Shown here piece after piece: positions 24,559 to 38,122 of a stretch of 64,000 nucleotides of DNA. Both the position numbers and the translations under genes were made by a program. Numbering within the stretch: position 1 is the first letter of the stretch; every line of letters starts with the position of its first letter. The notes below the pieces were generated by a model. It worked only from the letters and a program-made list of their open reading frames with translations, was not told the DNA's origin and did not search any database. This stretch comes from Sphaerodactylus townsendi (taxonomy: Eukaryota): assembly GCF_021028975.2 (NCBI RefSeq), contig NC_059426.1, positions 70,370,001 to 70,434,000 of the forward strand, read 5' to 3'.

Positions 24559-26142
24559 CTGCAAACAATAACTGCTTGAGGGAGAAACAACACAATCCTT
24601 TATTTATGACACATTTTGTGATACATTCTTTGTAAAGAGATATGTTCTGTACATTTGCTATAAGATAGTTGTTCTGCTCTTCCTCTCAGAAAAATGATGG
24701 CCAATATGTTAATACAGGTCAGGCAGCAGAGCTACTCAAACGCATGGGAATAATGGGTTTTTAGCACATTGTGCTGACTTCCACTCCTAAAGCTGATCCA
24801 GTCAAATGCATGCCTGTCAGTTCCCAATGAAGCCTGACTCTTTACGAATGATAAGGCTGACTAGATGGCAAAAAAAGATCTGTGCTGTCTTCAACAGCAT
24901 GCATATGTTTATCTCAGCTTCTGGGCAAAGTGAATACTAGTCATCTGGCTAAACCAAGGGATTGAGAGAACTGAACTCTGGCCTAAAAGGAGTCTCTTTC
25001 CCCTTCACATAAAATAAGCAGCCACAGACAGACTTGCATTTCATTATTGCAGGCATTCATCACCAGTTCTATTGCATAACTTCTCCCTTTTCTTATACTA
25101 TCACTACCTATTCAATTCTTCTTGGTTCATTAAAATAATTTGATGACTAATGCTGCAATCCTTTTCATTTTGAAGCAAATCCTTTATTTTCTGATTTTTG
25201 CATAATCATACTTGCCAGCATAACTACCACAGCAAAATAAGCAAAACATCCACACAAATTCATCTTATCCTAGGTTTTGTGTCCTCTATTTAGATCAACG
25301 TTCTCCCAGCTGTATTCCAGGCAACCTTGAAGGTCCTCAAGGAGGAAATCAGTAACATCAGACAAGCTGCTCTCCAAAACACCTTTTCTACCACTACCTA
25401 CCTTCTTCTGCATTGAGAAGCCACAGGCAATTATTGGATATATTCAATGGTACACAGGTGACATTAGTGAAGCTCAACCATCCAGGCTAGTGTCTAGCAT
25501 GAATTGAATCCCAGAAGGTGCCGAGGGACCTCAGCCGGCAAAGATTGTATGCCAAATATACATGTCAGGCAAATAGACATACCAGCCAAGCAGTGCAGAA
25601 AGATGGCCTTAAATGTAAAATATTTCAAAACAATTTCCTTTATATTTTGCTTGCCTGTAATTAACTCCAGATTCTATTCTGCTCTTTCTGCATTAACAAG
25701 ATTTTAGAAGTATTATGTACTTTTCAAACTGATAAATAATGACTGTTTTCATGAGAAACAAAGAGAGAAATCCTCCTAGCACTATTAGGAAATCCAAGTG
25801 TATTCCGATGGCCCGGGAACATGCTTCATTCAGAGCAAACCACGAATACACATGTCTTTTGCGATTTCTGGAACTATTTTAAAAAGGGAAATCTTGTGGG
25901 GGGGGGGAGCATATGAGTTTTGGTCTACTCTCTGGAGTACCTCAGATAATCACCCACTCCCAGGTGCACTGACTTCTATTAATGATGAACTGAGGACAAA
26001 GCAGTCAACTTACAATCCTCAGAGTAGTTAACATAATTAATTAATATAATGCACAAAGATGCAATTGGGAGGTTTTCATATATTGAAATTTGAAATACAT
26101 TGGCATTCATAAACATACAGCTGTTGTAGTACAAAAAGATGA

Positions 26143-27145
26143 AAAAGAAGAGTTTGAATTTATACCATGGTTTTCTCAACCATAAGGTGTCACGGGTTGA
26201 CTGTCAAGGATGGACAGAAGACAGGGTGCAGCTGATAGATATTTACTGCAGGTTAAACACAGGTCAGAACTGTCTCTTAAGGCACCTGAAAAGGCACTGG
26301 TTAGAGTTCAGTCTGAGAACCAGTAAGCAAGCTCACCAGTCCACCAGGTCGTCACAATCCAAAACACAAATCCAAAAAGCAGGTCCAGGGGGCAAAGTCC
26401 AAGGGTCATTACCTAGCAAGTAGGCTTTTCTGAGCAATCCACGGAACCGGAGTAGCCGTCAAGGTGACGATTTGCCTTCTGCAAAAACGCACCAGCTGTG
26501 AGCTGACTCTTATCAGCGTGAGGGCAGAAATGCTGGAGGAATGTTGCTTCAGGGAGCTGGTTCTGCTAGTAACTTACAAATGACAAACAGCCAACCAAGC
26601 TGACCATCTACGCTCAGCTAATGCAAGGCGTAACCATTGGTGACGCTGCTCTAAAGGGGTGGGTGGACAGGGAGGACTGTTTGCTTGGGGTGCCGAGGGT
26701 GGACTCTGAGAAAGTCCTAACTTCGAGGGCCCCACAGAGGACTCTGGATCAACAGCTGGTTCATCCTCTTCTGATGAACAACTGCTCTCACGCCTCCACT
26801 TCTGGAACATTCCTTTGCTTTCAGTGGGGGGATTAACAGGGGTGTGTGGTAGGCTGTTTTTGTCTTTGCTGTTCAATACAGAGGGAGAACCGATCATGAC
26901 ATAAGGAGTCTCAAAGTGACTTATAAACTTTTTCCCTTCCTCTCCCCACAACAGACACCTTGTGAAGTAGGTGGGGCTGCGAGAGTTCTGAGAGAACTGT
27001 GACTAGCCTAAGGTCACCCAGCAGGCTTCATGTGTAGGAGTGAGGAAACAAACCTGGTTCACCAGATTACAGTCTGCCACATGTCATGTGGTGGAGTGCG
27101 GAATCAATGAGCACTACTTTTAGCTACTAAACCACACAGGTTCTC
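26143..27145 (-). mobile_element. Squam3-like SINE split by a solo LTR
   Basis: SINE tail and 3' end at 26143-26187, resuming at 26902 (taaggagtctcaaagtgac...). Confidence 0.8.
26188..26901 (-). mobile_element. Solo LTR (Gypsy-like), 714 bp
   Basis: TGTCA...TGACA termini; 5-bp TSD TAAGG (26183-26187 and 26902-26906); minus-strand AGTAAA near the end. Confidence 0.85.
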
Positions 27146-27156
27146 TCTCTCTCTCT

Positions 27157-27230
<74 letters not shown>
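27157..27230. repeat. (ATCA)n microsatellite
   Basis: About 18 tandem ATCA units. Confidence 0.95.
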
Positions 27231-27524
27231 GTTTATTAGCCAAAGGCCATATATGCATACTTAACCATCATCCATCAATAACCCAAAGAAACATTTAGCC
27301 TAAAAAGTTTAAAATACTAAATACATAACCACGTGATAAAATCTGAATCGAATTGCAACTTTGCTTTTAAGATAGTGGTTCATTTAACAATAACTAGTTA
27401 TAACAGCATTGAAAACATTGAAAACATTAAAACTAAAAATTAAAGAATAAAATTACATAAACGTGTCATAAAATCTGGTTATTCATAAAAAATGGGACTA
27501 TAAATATCAGCCTTATTACACTTA

Positions 27525-28880
27525 ACGTTTATTTATTTATTTATTTTTATTATTAATTTTATATACCGCCCCTCCCCCAAAGGGCTCTGGGCAATGCACA
27601 ACATAATAACAAAAAAAGTAGAGCACTTAGGCAATTACAAATATAAATAATATAGGCTCCATTAACCATAAATTAAAACCCCATTAAAATACAGCGATAC
27701 AAAATTAGTGGCATCCAACATTAAAACCCTCATAAAAACCCTCCCAAGAGGGGGAACAGTAGGCCCCATAGATGTTAAGGGACCCAAAGTGTAAAGGAGA
27801 ATAAGGAGCACATCAGCGGCCAGCCCCCCCAAAGGCCTGGTGGAACACCTCAGTCTTACAGGCCCTGCAGAACTCACTGAGATCCCACAGGGCCCAGACA
27901 GCTGGAGGAATAGTGTTCCACCAGTCAGGGGCCAGGGCTGTAAAGGTCCTGGCCCAGGTGGAGGCCAGCTGCATCATCGAGGGGCCAGGAACCACCAGTA
28001 GATTGGCCTCTGCTGAACTCAGAGGTCATGTAGGGACATATGAGGTAAGACGGTCCCGCAGGTATGAAGGTCCCAGGCCACGTAAGGCCTTAAAGGTTAG
28101 CACCAATGCCTTGTGGATGATTCAGAACTCGACTGGGAGCCAATGCAACACAGGCTGAATATGGTCTCTAAAGGCACTCCCTGTGAGTAGATGGGTCGCT
28201 GCATATTGGACCAGCTTTAACCTCCGGATCAAACGCAAGGGTAGGCCCACATAGAGCAAGTTACAATAGTCTAACCTAGAGGTGACCGTTGCATGGATCA
28301 CAGTGGCTAGTTCTGTATGGGAGTGGAAGGGGGCCAGCCGCCGGGCCTGTCGAAGATGGAAAAATGCAACCCAGGTTATATGTACCCCCTGGGTCTCCAT
28401 TAAAAGAGACGAATCCAGGTGGACCCCCAGGCTGTGAACAAGATGCCAATGAGACCCCCTCCAACACTGGTGGATGAAAATCTCCCCCTTCACGTCCCAG
28501 CCAAAGGATCTCCGTCTTCGATGGATTCAGTTTTAACCTGCTCTGCTGCAACCAACCAGCCACTGCCTCCAAACAATGCTGTAGAACCGCAGGGGCGGCG
28601 ACCGCTCCACCCTCCATCAACAGAATGAGCTGAGTATCATCAGCATACTGGTGACAGATCAGCCCAAAGCTCTGCACCAACTGAGCAAGGGCTTGCATAT
28701 AGATGTTAAATAACAACGGGGATAACAGTGCCCCCTGAGGTACACTGCAATGAAGCGGGCACTTCTGGGAGGCTTGGTCCCCATACCACACTTGCTGACT
28801 CCGGTCTCAGAGAAACGAGACAATCCACTGAAGGACAATGCCCTGCACCCCAGAAGCGGCCAGGCAGTAGGCCGAAAGAT
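27525..28880 (-). mobile_element. L2 LINE 3' fragment (RT C-terminal half and tail)
   Basis: VPQGALLSPLLFNIYM, YADDTQL, LKLNPSKTE, SRLDYCN in minus-strand ORFs; (TTTA)n tail. Confidence 0.9.
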
Positions 28881-28894
28881 TGTGGTCAACCACA

Positions 28895-30585
28895 TCAAAC
28901 GCTGTGGTAAGGTCTCCCTTGAGCAAGGAGTCTTTCCGGGTGGGTTGAAGGAGGCAGTGGTCCGCCCACTCTTGAAAAGACCATCGTTAGATCCAGCAGA
29001 TCTGGCCAATTACTGACCCGTTTCGAATCTTTCGTTTCTGGGGAAGGTAATTGAGAGAGTGGTGTTGGAGCAGCTTCAGGGCTTTCTGGAGGACACACGG
29101 GCTTTCGATCCCTTCCAGTCCGGCTTCCGTGCTGGGAATGGGACGGAGACTGTCCTCGTTGCTGTCACAGATACGCTCCGCATACAACTTGACCGAGGCG
29201 GATCGGCGCTGCTGGTATTATTGGATCTTACCGCAGCATTTGATATGGTCGATCACGACCTTTTGGCCCACCGCCTGGTCGCTTCTGGGGTGCGGGGCAC
29301 TGTCCTTCAGTGGATTGTCTTGTTTCTCCGGGACTGGAGTCAGCAAGTGTGGTGCGGGGATCAAGCCTCCCAGAAGTGCCCGCTTCATTGCGGTGTGCCT
29401 CAGGGAGCGCTGTTGTCCCCGCTGTTGTTTAACATCTACATGTGACCCCTTGCTCAGTTGGTGCGGAGCTTTGGGCTGATCTGTCACCAGTACGCTGATG
29501 ACACTCAGCTCATTCTGTTGATGGAGGGGGGGCAGTCATCGCCCCAGCAGCTCTACAGCACTGTTTGGAGGCGGTTGCTGGATGGTTACAACAGAGCAGG
29601 TTAAAACTGAATCCATCAAAGACGGAGATCCTCTGGCTGGGCCGCAGGGGGGAGGTGGGGGATTTCCAACAGTCGGAGTGGGAGTGGGCTTTATTGGCAC
29701 CGGCCTTCTCCGTTCGCAGCCTGGGGGTCCACCTGGATTCGTCTCTTTCAATGGAGACCCAGGTGGCCCATATGACCCGGGTTGCGTTTTTCCATCTTCG
29801 ACAGGCCCGGCGGTTGGCCCCTTTCCTCTCCCAGGCAGATCTCGCCACTGTGATCCATGCAACGGTCACCTCTAGGTTAGACTATTGTAACTCGCTCTAT
29901 GCAGGCCTCCCCTTACGTCTGCTTTGGAAGCTGAAGCTGGTCCAGCATGCGGCGGCGCATGTTCTCACAGGTGGTGCCTTTAGAGAACATATCCAACCTG
30001 TGCTGAGCTGCCTGCACTGGCTTCCAGTTGAGTTCCGAATCATTCATAAGGTATGGGTGCTTACCTTTAAGGCCTTACGCGGCCTGGGACCTTCGTACCT
30101 TCGGGACCGTCTTACCCCATATGTCCCTACACGGCCTCTACATTCATTAGAGGCCAATTTACTGGTGGTCCCTGGCCCCTCGATGATGCAGCTGGCCTCT
30201 ACCCGGCCCAGGGCTTTTACAGCCCTGGCCCCTGCCTGGTGGGACACGCTACCACCAACTATCCGGGCCCTGCGGGATCTTGGAGAGTTCCGCAGGGCCT
30301 GTAAGACCGAATTATTCCACCGGGCGTTTGGAGGGGCCAGCCGCTGATGCCCCCTCCCCTTTCCCCCTCCTTTTCCTTACATTCTGGGTTCTCCGCTTCT
30401 CTGTTTTATTTTCCAGGGTATATCTATGAAGTTCTGTTTTTACGATTGGATGCCAATATAACATTATTGATTGTTGTTTTAATGGGGTTTTATTGTAACT
30501 ATTGTTTTATTGTGTTGTTCACTGCCCACAGCCCTTCGGGGGAGGGGCAGTATATAAAACCAATTATAAAATAAAAAATAAAAAA
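28895..30585 (+). mobile_element. L2 LINE 3' fragment, relatively young, RT broken by one stop and a frameshift
   Basis: QSGFR...TET, LLDLTAAFDMVDH, GVPQGALLSP, YADD, SRLDYCNSL; A-rich tail. Confidence 0.92.
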
Positions 30586-31295
30586 ATTGGCCAGATCTCC
30601 AGGATCTAATTATGGTCTTTTAAAGAGTGGGCGGACCACTGCCTCCTTCAACCCACCCAGGAAGACTTCTTGCTCAAGGGAGCCATTGATGATACTCAAC
30701 AGGTGAGGTCGCAACTCCCCCTGGCAAGCTTTAATAAGCCAAGAGGGGCACAGATCCAGAGGACAAGTAGTAGGTCTAACAGCAGCCAGGACTCTGTCAA
30801 CAGCAGCTTTGGAGAGCAGGGAAAACTGGGCCAAACAAGGGCCTGAAGATGGCAAGGGAGCCTCAAGTTCGCTAATTGTAGTCAAAGTGGCGGGAAGGTC
30901 CTGGCGGAGCGACGCAACTTTATCTGCAAAAAAGCTCATAAATGCCTCACAGCTAATAGCCAATTGGTGATTGGTGGAATCCTCAGATAATGAGGTCAAG
31001 GACCAAATTATATGAAATAATTGTGCTGAGCAAGAGCTAGCAGACATAAGAGAGGAGGAAAAGTAAACTCTCTTCGCCTCCGTCACCGTCTCATAGGCTT
31101 TCATAAATGTCCTATAGGATGCTCGTGTAGCCCCGTCACGAGATTTCTTCCACACTCGCTCTAGCCATCTGAGCTCCCGTTTCATATGGCGTAGCTCCTC
31201 AGTATACCATGGAGCTAGCCGAGAACGGGGGCGCAGAGGACGCCGGGGGGCAACAACCTCGATGGCATCGGAAAGCCGGACATTCCAGTCTTCCA
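30586..31295 (-). mobile_element. L2 ORF2 fragment (region between endonuclease and RT)
   Basis: APWYTEELR...LERVW, FFADKV, TTCPLDLCPSWL, LKEAVVRPL. Confidence 0.88.
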
Positions 31296-31459
31296 CTTTA
31301 ATTTTAAGATAGTGGTTCATTTAACTATTACTAGTTATAACAACATATAACACATTGAAAACATTAAAACTAAAAATTAAGGAATAAAATTACATAAACG
31401 TGTCATAAAATCTGGTTATTCATAACAAAATGGGACTATAAATATCAGCCTTATTACAA

Positions 31460-31950
31460 CAGCACCGATCTGCCTTGGTCAAGCTGCATACAGAGCATGT
31501 CTGTTATGGCGCCAAGAACAGTCTCCGTCCCATGCCCAGCACAAAAGCCGGACTGGAAGGGATCAAAAGCCAATGTGTCCTCCAGGAAGCCCTGAAGCTG
31601 CTCCAACACCACTCTCTCAATCACCTTCCGCAGAAACGAAAGATGAAAGATTCAAAACGGGTCGGTAATTGGTTCCCCAGACTTATTGTCTTGGGGGATT
31701 TCAACGTCCATGTCGACACCACCTCATGTACGGTGGCTGCAGACCTAGTGTCATCCATGGCGACGCTGGGCCTCTCCTTAATAAACTCCGGCCCCACTCA
31801 TGAGGCTGGTCACACGCTGGACCTGGTCTTCGGGTCGGGAATCAATATGGTCGTATCCTCTATTGATAGAGTGCCATGGTCCGACCATTATGCCCTGAAG
31901 TTCCGGATGGACTTGTCATGCCTCCCCTGTCTAGGCGACGGACTGATTTA
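31460..31950. mobile_element. L2 pieces: RT start (minus, 31460-31672) joined to an APE endonuclease fragment (plus, 31673-31950)
   Basis: The first part is the reverse complement of about 29005-29210; the second encodes LIVLGDFNVH...THEAGHTLDLVF...WSDH. Confidence 0.85.
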
Positions 31951-32576
31951 TGTCTTTTGGACTTTTAACATATCTCCCCAATAAATATTCTGACTTAAAT
32001 GATGGGAAGAGTAGGAACTCACTCCCCTGGTCTCCTCCTCCGAGTTAGAAGACACCACCAAAGCTTCCTTAGTCACCTGTGGGGAAACAATATCCCCTTG
32101 CCCCCTGGAGGACCCCACTCTTTCCTGTGAAGTTGACTCAGCCAAAGTTGATGCAAGAGCTATGGTGATGGCATCCCCAGAGTTGTTTTGTGAGAGCTGC
32201 TTGAGGGAATTTGCAATGCCCTGTCCAATCAAATTACCCAACTATGGCCCAGGGGATTCCTGGCACACTTGCAGGCGTTGTGGTAAGAGAAGCTGAATTG
32301 AAAACTCTGGCCAGGTCCACTGGAGAATTTGAATTGGCGACATTGTTCTCCATCGAGGTAGCCTAGTGGGAGTGACCAGAATCGGGTTGCCCCCCCCCCC
32401 CGCACCCAGACCTGCAAAGGCCTTTCAGCCCAAGGAACACCAGGCTTAGCCCCTACTGGCTGTTGCTCTTTAGAGCCCCAAATGTGCTTGGAAACAAGAA
32501 AGCCAGCCTCCTTTTGACCTCTTGCTGCTTTACCGCTTTGCTTGGGATGAGATTGGGAGCCCCGGGTGGCTGGGGC

Positions 32577-35240
32577 CTTTTTCTTTTTCTTTTTTAAAAT
32601 GAAGTTTATTAGAAATTTCAAATTACAATTTTCAAAAAGAAAAAGAACATATGTAAAATACGGTACATTAAGAAATACATATACTAAAACAATTAATCAA
32701 TTAGATAGGATTACTTTAACACAATATATCACAGTTTTTCTCTACTGCCTATCCTTTGTTTAAGATAACCAATTATGGTGAGTGTGAAAACTGTCACACC
32801 CCCGCATTTGTAAAATTTTCCAAAGCATAAAAGAAAAGAGAATTTGTTTTAAAACATATCTTACTTTGATCTACAAGCAACGTCAGTTACAGTATCATAG
32901 TCAGAAAAACTACTGATCCTCCCAGATTAATAGCAATTTGCTCCACTTAGCTAATTACATTATTCAAAAACATGGTATAACATACGCACAAAGATATTAT
33001 ATAAGATTGATTTAACTCTTATCCCTATAGCACTATATATACTATTTTAACAAAAAAAAATTTTTTAAAAAAATTACAGTTTGTAGAATTGTGCAAATGG
33101 TTCCCATACTTCTTCAAATCTTTCTGGATTATCTTTCAGCCTCCAGGTTAGTTAGTCAAGGTTCATTATTTCTTGCACTTTTTCTTCCCAATTTCTCACT
33201 GTGGGCACCTCTTTCTTTTTCCAGCATTTGACAATTTCAATTCTGGCAGCCGTTATCATGCAAAGAAAAAGATTTTCATTCCTTAATAATTTTCTATCTC
33301 TAGTCAGTCCCAACAAAAGGATCTCTGAATTTAGTTTCATTTTTGTTTTGAGTATCTTTCCTATTTGTATTGCTATCTGCCTCCAATATCTTTTAATTTT
33401 CTTGCAACTCCACCACATGTAGACAAAAGAACCTTGTTTTTTTTCTACACTTCCAACATAAGTCATCTTTTTTATTATCTATTCTTGCTAGCTGGACTGG
33501 TGTATAATACCATCTATTAAACACCTTTTATAAATTTTTCTTTCAGATTTGTAGATAGGGTGAATTAATTTTGCCTTCTCCAAAAATTCTTCCACTTTTC
33601 CAATCTTATATTTCTCTTTAAATCAAATCACATTTTATCATCACTTCCTTAACCTCATTTTATTCTGTTCTAAATTTTAGTAACAGCTTGTATATTCTAT
33701 TAATTAATTTTTTGTTACCCTTTTTAATCAATTCATCAAATTTGTTCTGTTTTGTTTGGATACTGTACTTTTCTCTATTTTTTAAAAAATACTTCGTATA
33801 ATTAGTGGTGCATAAACCAATGACATTATTTTCCCTTATTCAAAATTTCCTCTCTATTATTAAATTCATATCTATTGTTCATGGTTTTTAATGTATCCTC
33901 ATACGTTGGCCAATTCCAGTCTAAATTAAATTCTTTTATCTGCAATGTTTCTGCCCTTGAAACCCACCTAGGAACTGATAAAATCTTTGTATTTCTGCCA
34001 TATTTTCCATAGAATCTTCCTAACATAGTGGTTTTGGAAAGTCTTACTATTTTTTCCGGTTCCTAATGGCCATAGGTATCCATGCCATCCTTTTGTTAAT
34101 CCATATCCTTCCAAAACTAAAAGTTTACGATTTTTAAAAAATATCCAATATATGATCCATGCTATCAGATTCACCTCGTAGTATAATTGTATATTCCATA
34201 GTTTCAAACCTCCCCTACTTTTCTCATCTATCAGTGTTAGGTAATTGATCTGTGATCTTTTCCTGTTCCAAATAAATTTTACTAATTTTTTCTTTCAATT
34301 TTCTATCATTTTTGATGAAAGCACTACTGGCACATTCTGTAAAAGGTACATTAACTTAGACATTATGTTATTCTTTATAACCGCTATTTTCCCCAAAAAA
34401 GATACGTTCAATTACTTCCATTTCTCCATATCTCTTTCAATTTCTTTCCACGTAGTTTTATAGTTATTATCATAGAGGGCATTGTTTTTATTTTCTAAAA
34501 TTATGCCTAAATATTTCACTTTCTTTTCTACCCTATATCTGTGTACTTTTGAAGTAATTCTTTCTCTATATTAGTCAAAAATTTTGGTAGGATTTTAGTT
34601 TTTTCATTATTGATTTTGAACCCCGATATTTTCCCAAAATCATTTAACTTACTTTGTATTATTCCTATATTATCTAATGGGTCTTTGACAAAGAGAACTA
34701 GGTTATCCGCAAATGCAAATACTTATTATTAATTTTTAAATTTTTAATTCCCTTCCATGTATTATCATTATTTATTCTATTTCCTAATATTTCCAATTGC
34801 ATAATAAATAATATCGGCGAAAGTGGGCAACCCTGTCTTGCACCTTTGTCAATTCTGAATCACTTTGTTGGATTGCCATTAATTAAGATAGATGCAAATT
34901 GGTTTTTATGAATTGACTCGATTGCATTGTTAAATTTCCCTCATATACCTGTTTTTTGGAAGACACTTTTCATGAATTGCCAGCTAACATTGTCGAAGGC
35001 CTTTTCTGTGTCAAGAAAAATTATTGCTGCTTTTTCCCCTGGATTAAAACCCAGGTATTCTATCATATCCAATACTACCCTTATATTCTCTTTACTATTC
35101 CTACCTGTCATAAACCCCACCTGGTCTTCTCCTACAAATTCCTTTATGAGATTTTTTAAAATCTTTCTGCTAAAATTTTTGCAAAGATCTTGTAATCCAC
35201 ATTAAGAAGAGATATAGGCCTATAATTGGATACCTCTAAA
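32577..35240 (-). mobile_element. Decayed L1 LINE, 5'-truncated
   Basis: Minus-strand remnants DTEKAFDNVSW, GARQGCPLSP, GWHGYLW, MWWSC; poly-T at about 32577-32595. Confidence 0.85.
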
Positions 35241-35707
35241 ATTCTGTGTTAAAGTTGGGGTGTTCAGAATCATAAGGATGAGTAAGTTTCCAGCTGGTTC
35301 AATTCCATGTATCACCAATAAAGTTGATAAATTTTGTGCAGCAGTTTATAAGGTTCATAGCACAAAATGTGGAAAGGTTTAGACTGCAGTTGAAGGAACA
35401 GCATCAACTATTATTGTACTTCTTTTAATTATAAAAACCTGAAAATGTATAATTTTAAGTAAGTTTTGGATTGACATATTTTGCACTGAATCTTTGTTCT
35501 TATGGGACCTTTTATGTATTTTGGCCACATATGTGTGTATTATTTATTTGGTCAATTACCATAACAATGGATTTAATTGAATTGATAACATAGAATATTT
35601 TGAAGAAATGTATTTAGAAATTAATGATAGCAGTCACATACTGAAGTTCTTTTTAATTAATATAATTTGCCTATTAGAATTTGATTATGATTTCAAGAAT
35701 ATTTGTA

Positions 35708-35890
35708 CATTCATTCATTCATTCATTCATTCATTCATTCATTCATTCATTTTATAGACCACCCTCCCCCAGAGGGCTCAGGATAGTGAACAGCCATATA
35801 ATAAGCCAACCTCCATATAATAAAACCAACAACCCTCAGATAAAAAACAGCATTAAAAAACAGGAACCATATAAAAGCACAAACTTCCCT
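35708..35890 (-). mobile_element. L2-type 3' end with (ATTC)n tail
   Basis: (ATTC)n followed by ccaccctccccagagggctcagg, as in other L2 tails in the window. Confidence 0.65.
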
Positions 35891-36027
35891 GCTTAGTATC
35901 TGTGTGTGGATTTATTGGGATTTTGCAAGTGTCTGTCACAACTCAATCATTAAAAGGTTAACTGTATGTATGTAAAAAAGTTGCTGTAGTCATTGTTTAT
36001 GACCTGGTCTATTGATTAGCCATTGGT

Positions 36028-36187
36028 CAGTCTGACCCCACATGTCCCAAATCGGCCCCTGCTTTCGGCAGAGGCCAATCTCCTGGTGGTGCCTGGCCCT
36101 TCTATGATGCGGCTGGCCTCCACTAGGGCCAGGGCTTTTACGGTCCTGGCCCCTGCCTGGTGGAACAGTCTCCCTCCAGCTGTGTGC
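36028..36187 (+). mobile_element. Short internal L2 fragment
   Basis: EANLLVVPGPSMMRLASTRARAF, matching 30110-30260. Confidence 0.8.
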
Positions 36188-36456
36188 CCATTCTGTTACA
36201 GAAGGGACGCAGTAGAGATTCCTTTTCAATCTGACTCTCTGTCCCCTAAATCAGAGTGTCTTAAAACAACCAGAGAATGGAGCTCATTCCATACATCCAT
36301 TCGCAAGTACACTGCATCTCCCTGCTCATGCACTTCTCATCAATATTCACATATTGTGTGATTGAATGGTTTGACCTGAAGTTGTGTGTGTTTTCACACA
36401 AGTAAAGTATAACTGCTGAAGAAAATACAAAGAAAAATATCATAAAACAGGTAAGA

Positions 36457-37398
36457 TCACACATGCTGGAAAACGAATCTCCCCAGAAATTTTCTGAAGG
36501 CATTCCTTACCTCAGTGTTCCTCAGACTATATATCATGGGGTTTACCATGGGAGTAACCACTATATACAACACAGAGACTATTTTGTCAAGGTTGTGACT
36601 TTGCCTAGCACTAGGACGTGCATACATGATGCCAAAGCCTCCATAGAAAATGATAATGACAATAAGGTGAGATGTGCAAGTGGAAAAGGTTTTCTGCCGG
36701 CTCTTGGAAGAGCTGATCTTTAAAATGGTGAGCAGGATGCAGGTGTAAGAGATGAGTATTGTAAGAATGGTTGCTACCCAATTGAACCCAACGCACACAA
36801 ACATCAACAGTTCATTGAGACTCACATCAGAACATGAAATTGCAAACAGTGGAGGGCCCTCACAATAAAAGTGATTGATGGTATTTAGGCCACAGAAGGA
36901 TAGTCTAGAAGCAGCAACTGTATGGATTAAAGCATTTACAATCCCAGCAGCATAGGCAACAGCTATTAGGTACACACGCTTTCTCAGAGACATGGTGACT
37001 AAATAGAGTAGTGGGCTACAAATAGCCACATAGCGATCATAAGCCATCACAGCCAGAAGATAGCATTCAGTGGTTGCAAAAACAGCATAAAAGTAAAACT
37101 GAATTAAACAACCAGCAGAAGAAATTAGCTTCTTTTCTCTTAAGAGATCAGTTAGCAACTTGGGGGTTACAGATGATGAATAACAAACATCGAGGAAAGA
37201 CAAGTGGCTGAGGAAAAAATACATAGGAGTGTGGAGCTGAGGAGACAACCTGATTAAAGCAATCATGCCCAGATTACCCACCAGGGTGATGGCATAAAAT
37301 GCAACAAACATCACAAACAAAACGATCTGCAGCTCTGGAATATCTGTCAGCCCTGTGAACATGAATTCAGTCACGAGTGTCTTGTTTCTCATTTCCAT
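36457..37398 (-). CDS. Olfactory receptor, paralog C of the triplet, intact (about 313 aa from MEMRNKT)
   Basis: Full OR motif set; first ATG at 37398, downstream of the acceptor TTTCTTCAG. Confidence 0.96.
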   Translation of the reverse strand: MEMRNKTLVTEFMFTGLTDIPELQIVLFVMFVAFYAITLVGNLGMIALIRLSPQLHTPMYFFLSHLSFLDVCYSSSVTPKLLTDLLREKKLISSAGCLIQFYFYAVFATTECYLLAVMAYDRYVAICSPLLYLVTMSLRKRVYLIAVAYAAGIVNALIHTVAASRLSFCGLNTINHFYCEGPPLFAISCSDVSLNELLMFVCVGFNWVATILTILISYTCILLTILKISSSKSRQKTFSTCTSHLIVIIIFYGGFGIMYARPSARQSHNLDKIVSVLYIVVTPMVNPMIYSLRNTEVRNAFRKFLGRFVFQHV

Positions 37399-37980
37399 CA
37401 CAAACACTGAAGAAATCAAAATTAAATAACAGTTAATGTATTTTTTTTTCTTTTTAACAACTTGAATAGCAGTACTGCAATAAAAACATAAAGGTATATT
37501 TAAAAGTTTTTAGAAGAAATGAAAAAAACATGACAGTCCAAGTCCATTCCTGAGCATTGTGGGAGGATTCCTCAGCGTTAGTTCTTGTTGTAGTGAATGC
37601 TGTCTCCAAAATTAGAGATACTGATTTTATAGCAACATGGCTTCTAACAGTATTATTTCCTAACTATACAATAGATGTAGTCATCAGGCAAAGAAAGACT
37701 GCTTGCAGAAAACTAAGTAAATTAGTTTAAATTACCTAAAACATACTGCTCAAGAAGGTACTGCATGATTCTGGTGAATGTTAGATTGTTACAGGAGTGC
37801 TGTACAGGAGTGCTGTACAATGACAGATGTAGAGTTACAGAATCACCTGAAGGTGTGTCTGGAGAAGGGATTCTACAAGGGAGGCACATTAAAGCAAACA
37901 GGCTGAGATCCTGAAGGACCAAGAAGCCTCATAGCTTATGGTACCAGTAGTCTGGAAGCTCTAATCAAAGAGGAACTCAC

Positions 37981-38122
37981 CAAACTGAAAACAAAGGTCA
38001 TTCTGGGTCAAGCACAAGCTTCTCAACTGGACTGCTTGGAAATTTTAGTGAAGGGAAACCACCGTGATTTCCTCCAGGCAGGACAGAAGAATCAGAGCAG
38101 ACTCAGCAGATCTATACATCAC
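37981..38122 (-). other. Putative non-coding 5' UTR exon of OR paralog C
   Basis: Conserved acceptor TTTGCAG|GTG and donor TG|GTGAGT. Confidence 0.6.

Noticed and set aside
29059-30347. Possible functional or domesticated reverse transcriptase
   Set aside because: 5'-truncated L2 with an in-frame stop at 29443-29445 and a frameshift near 29525.
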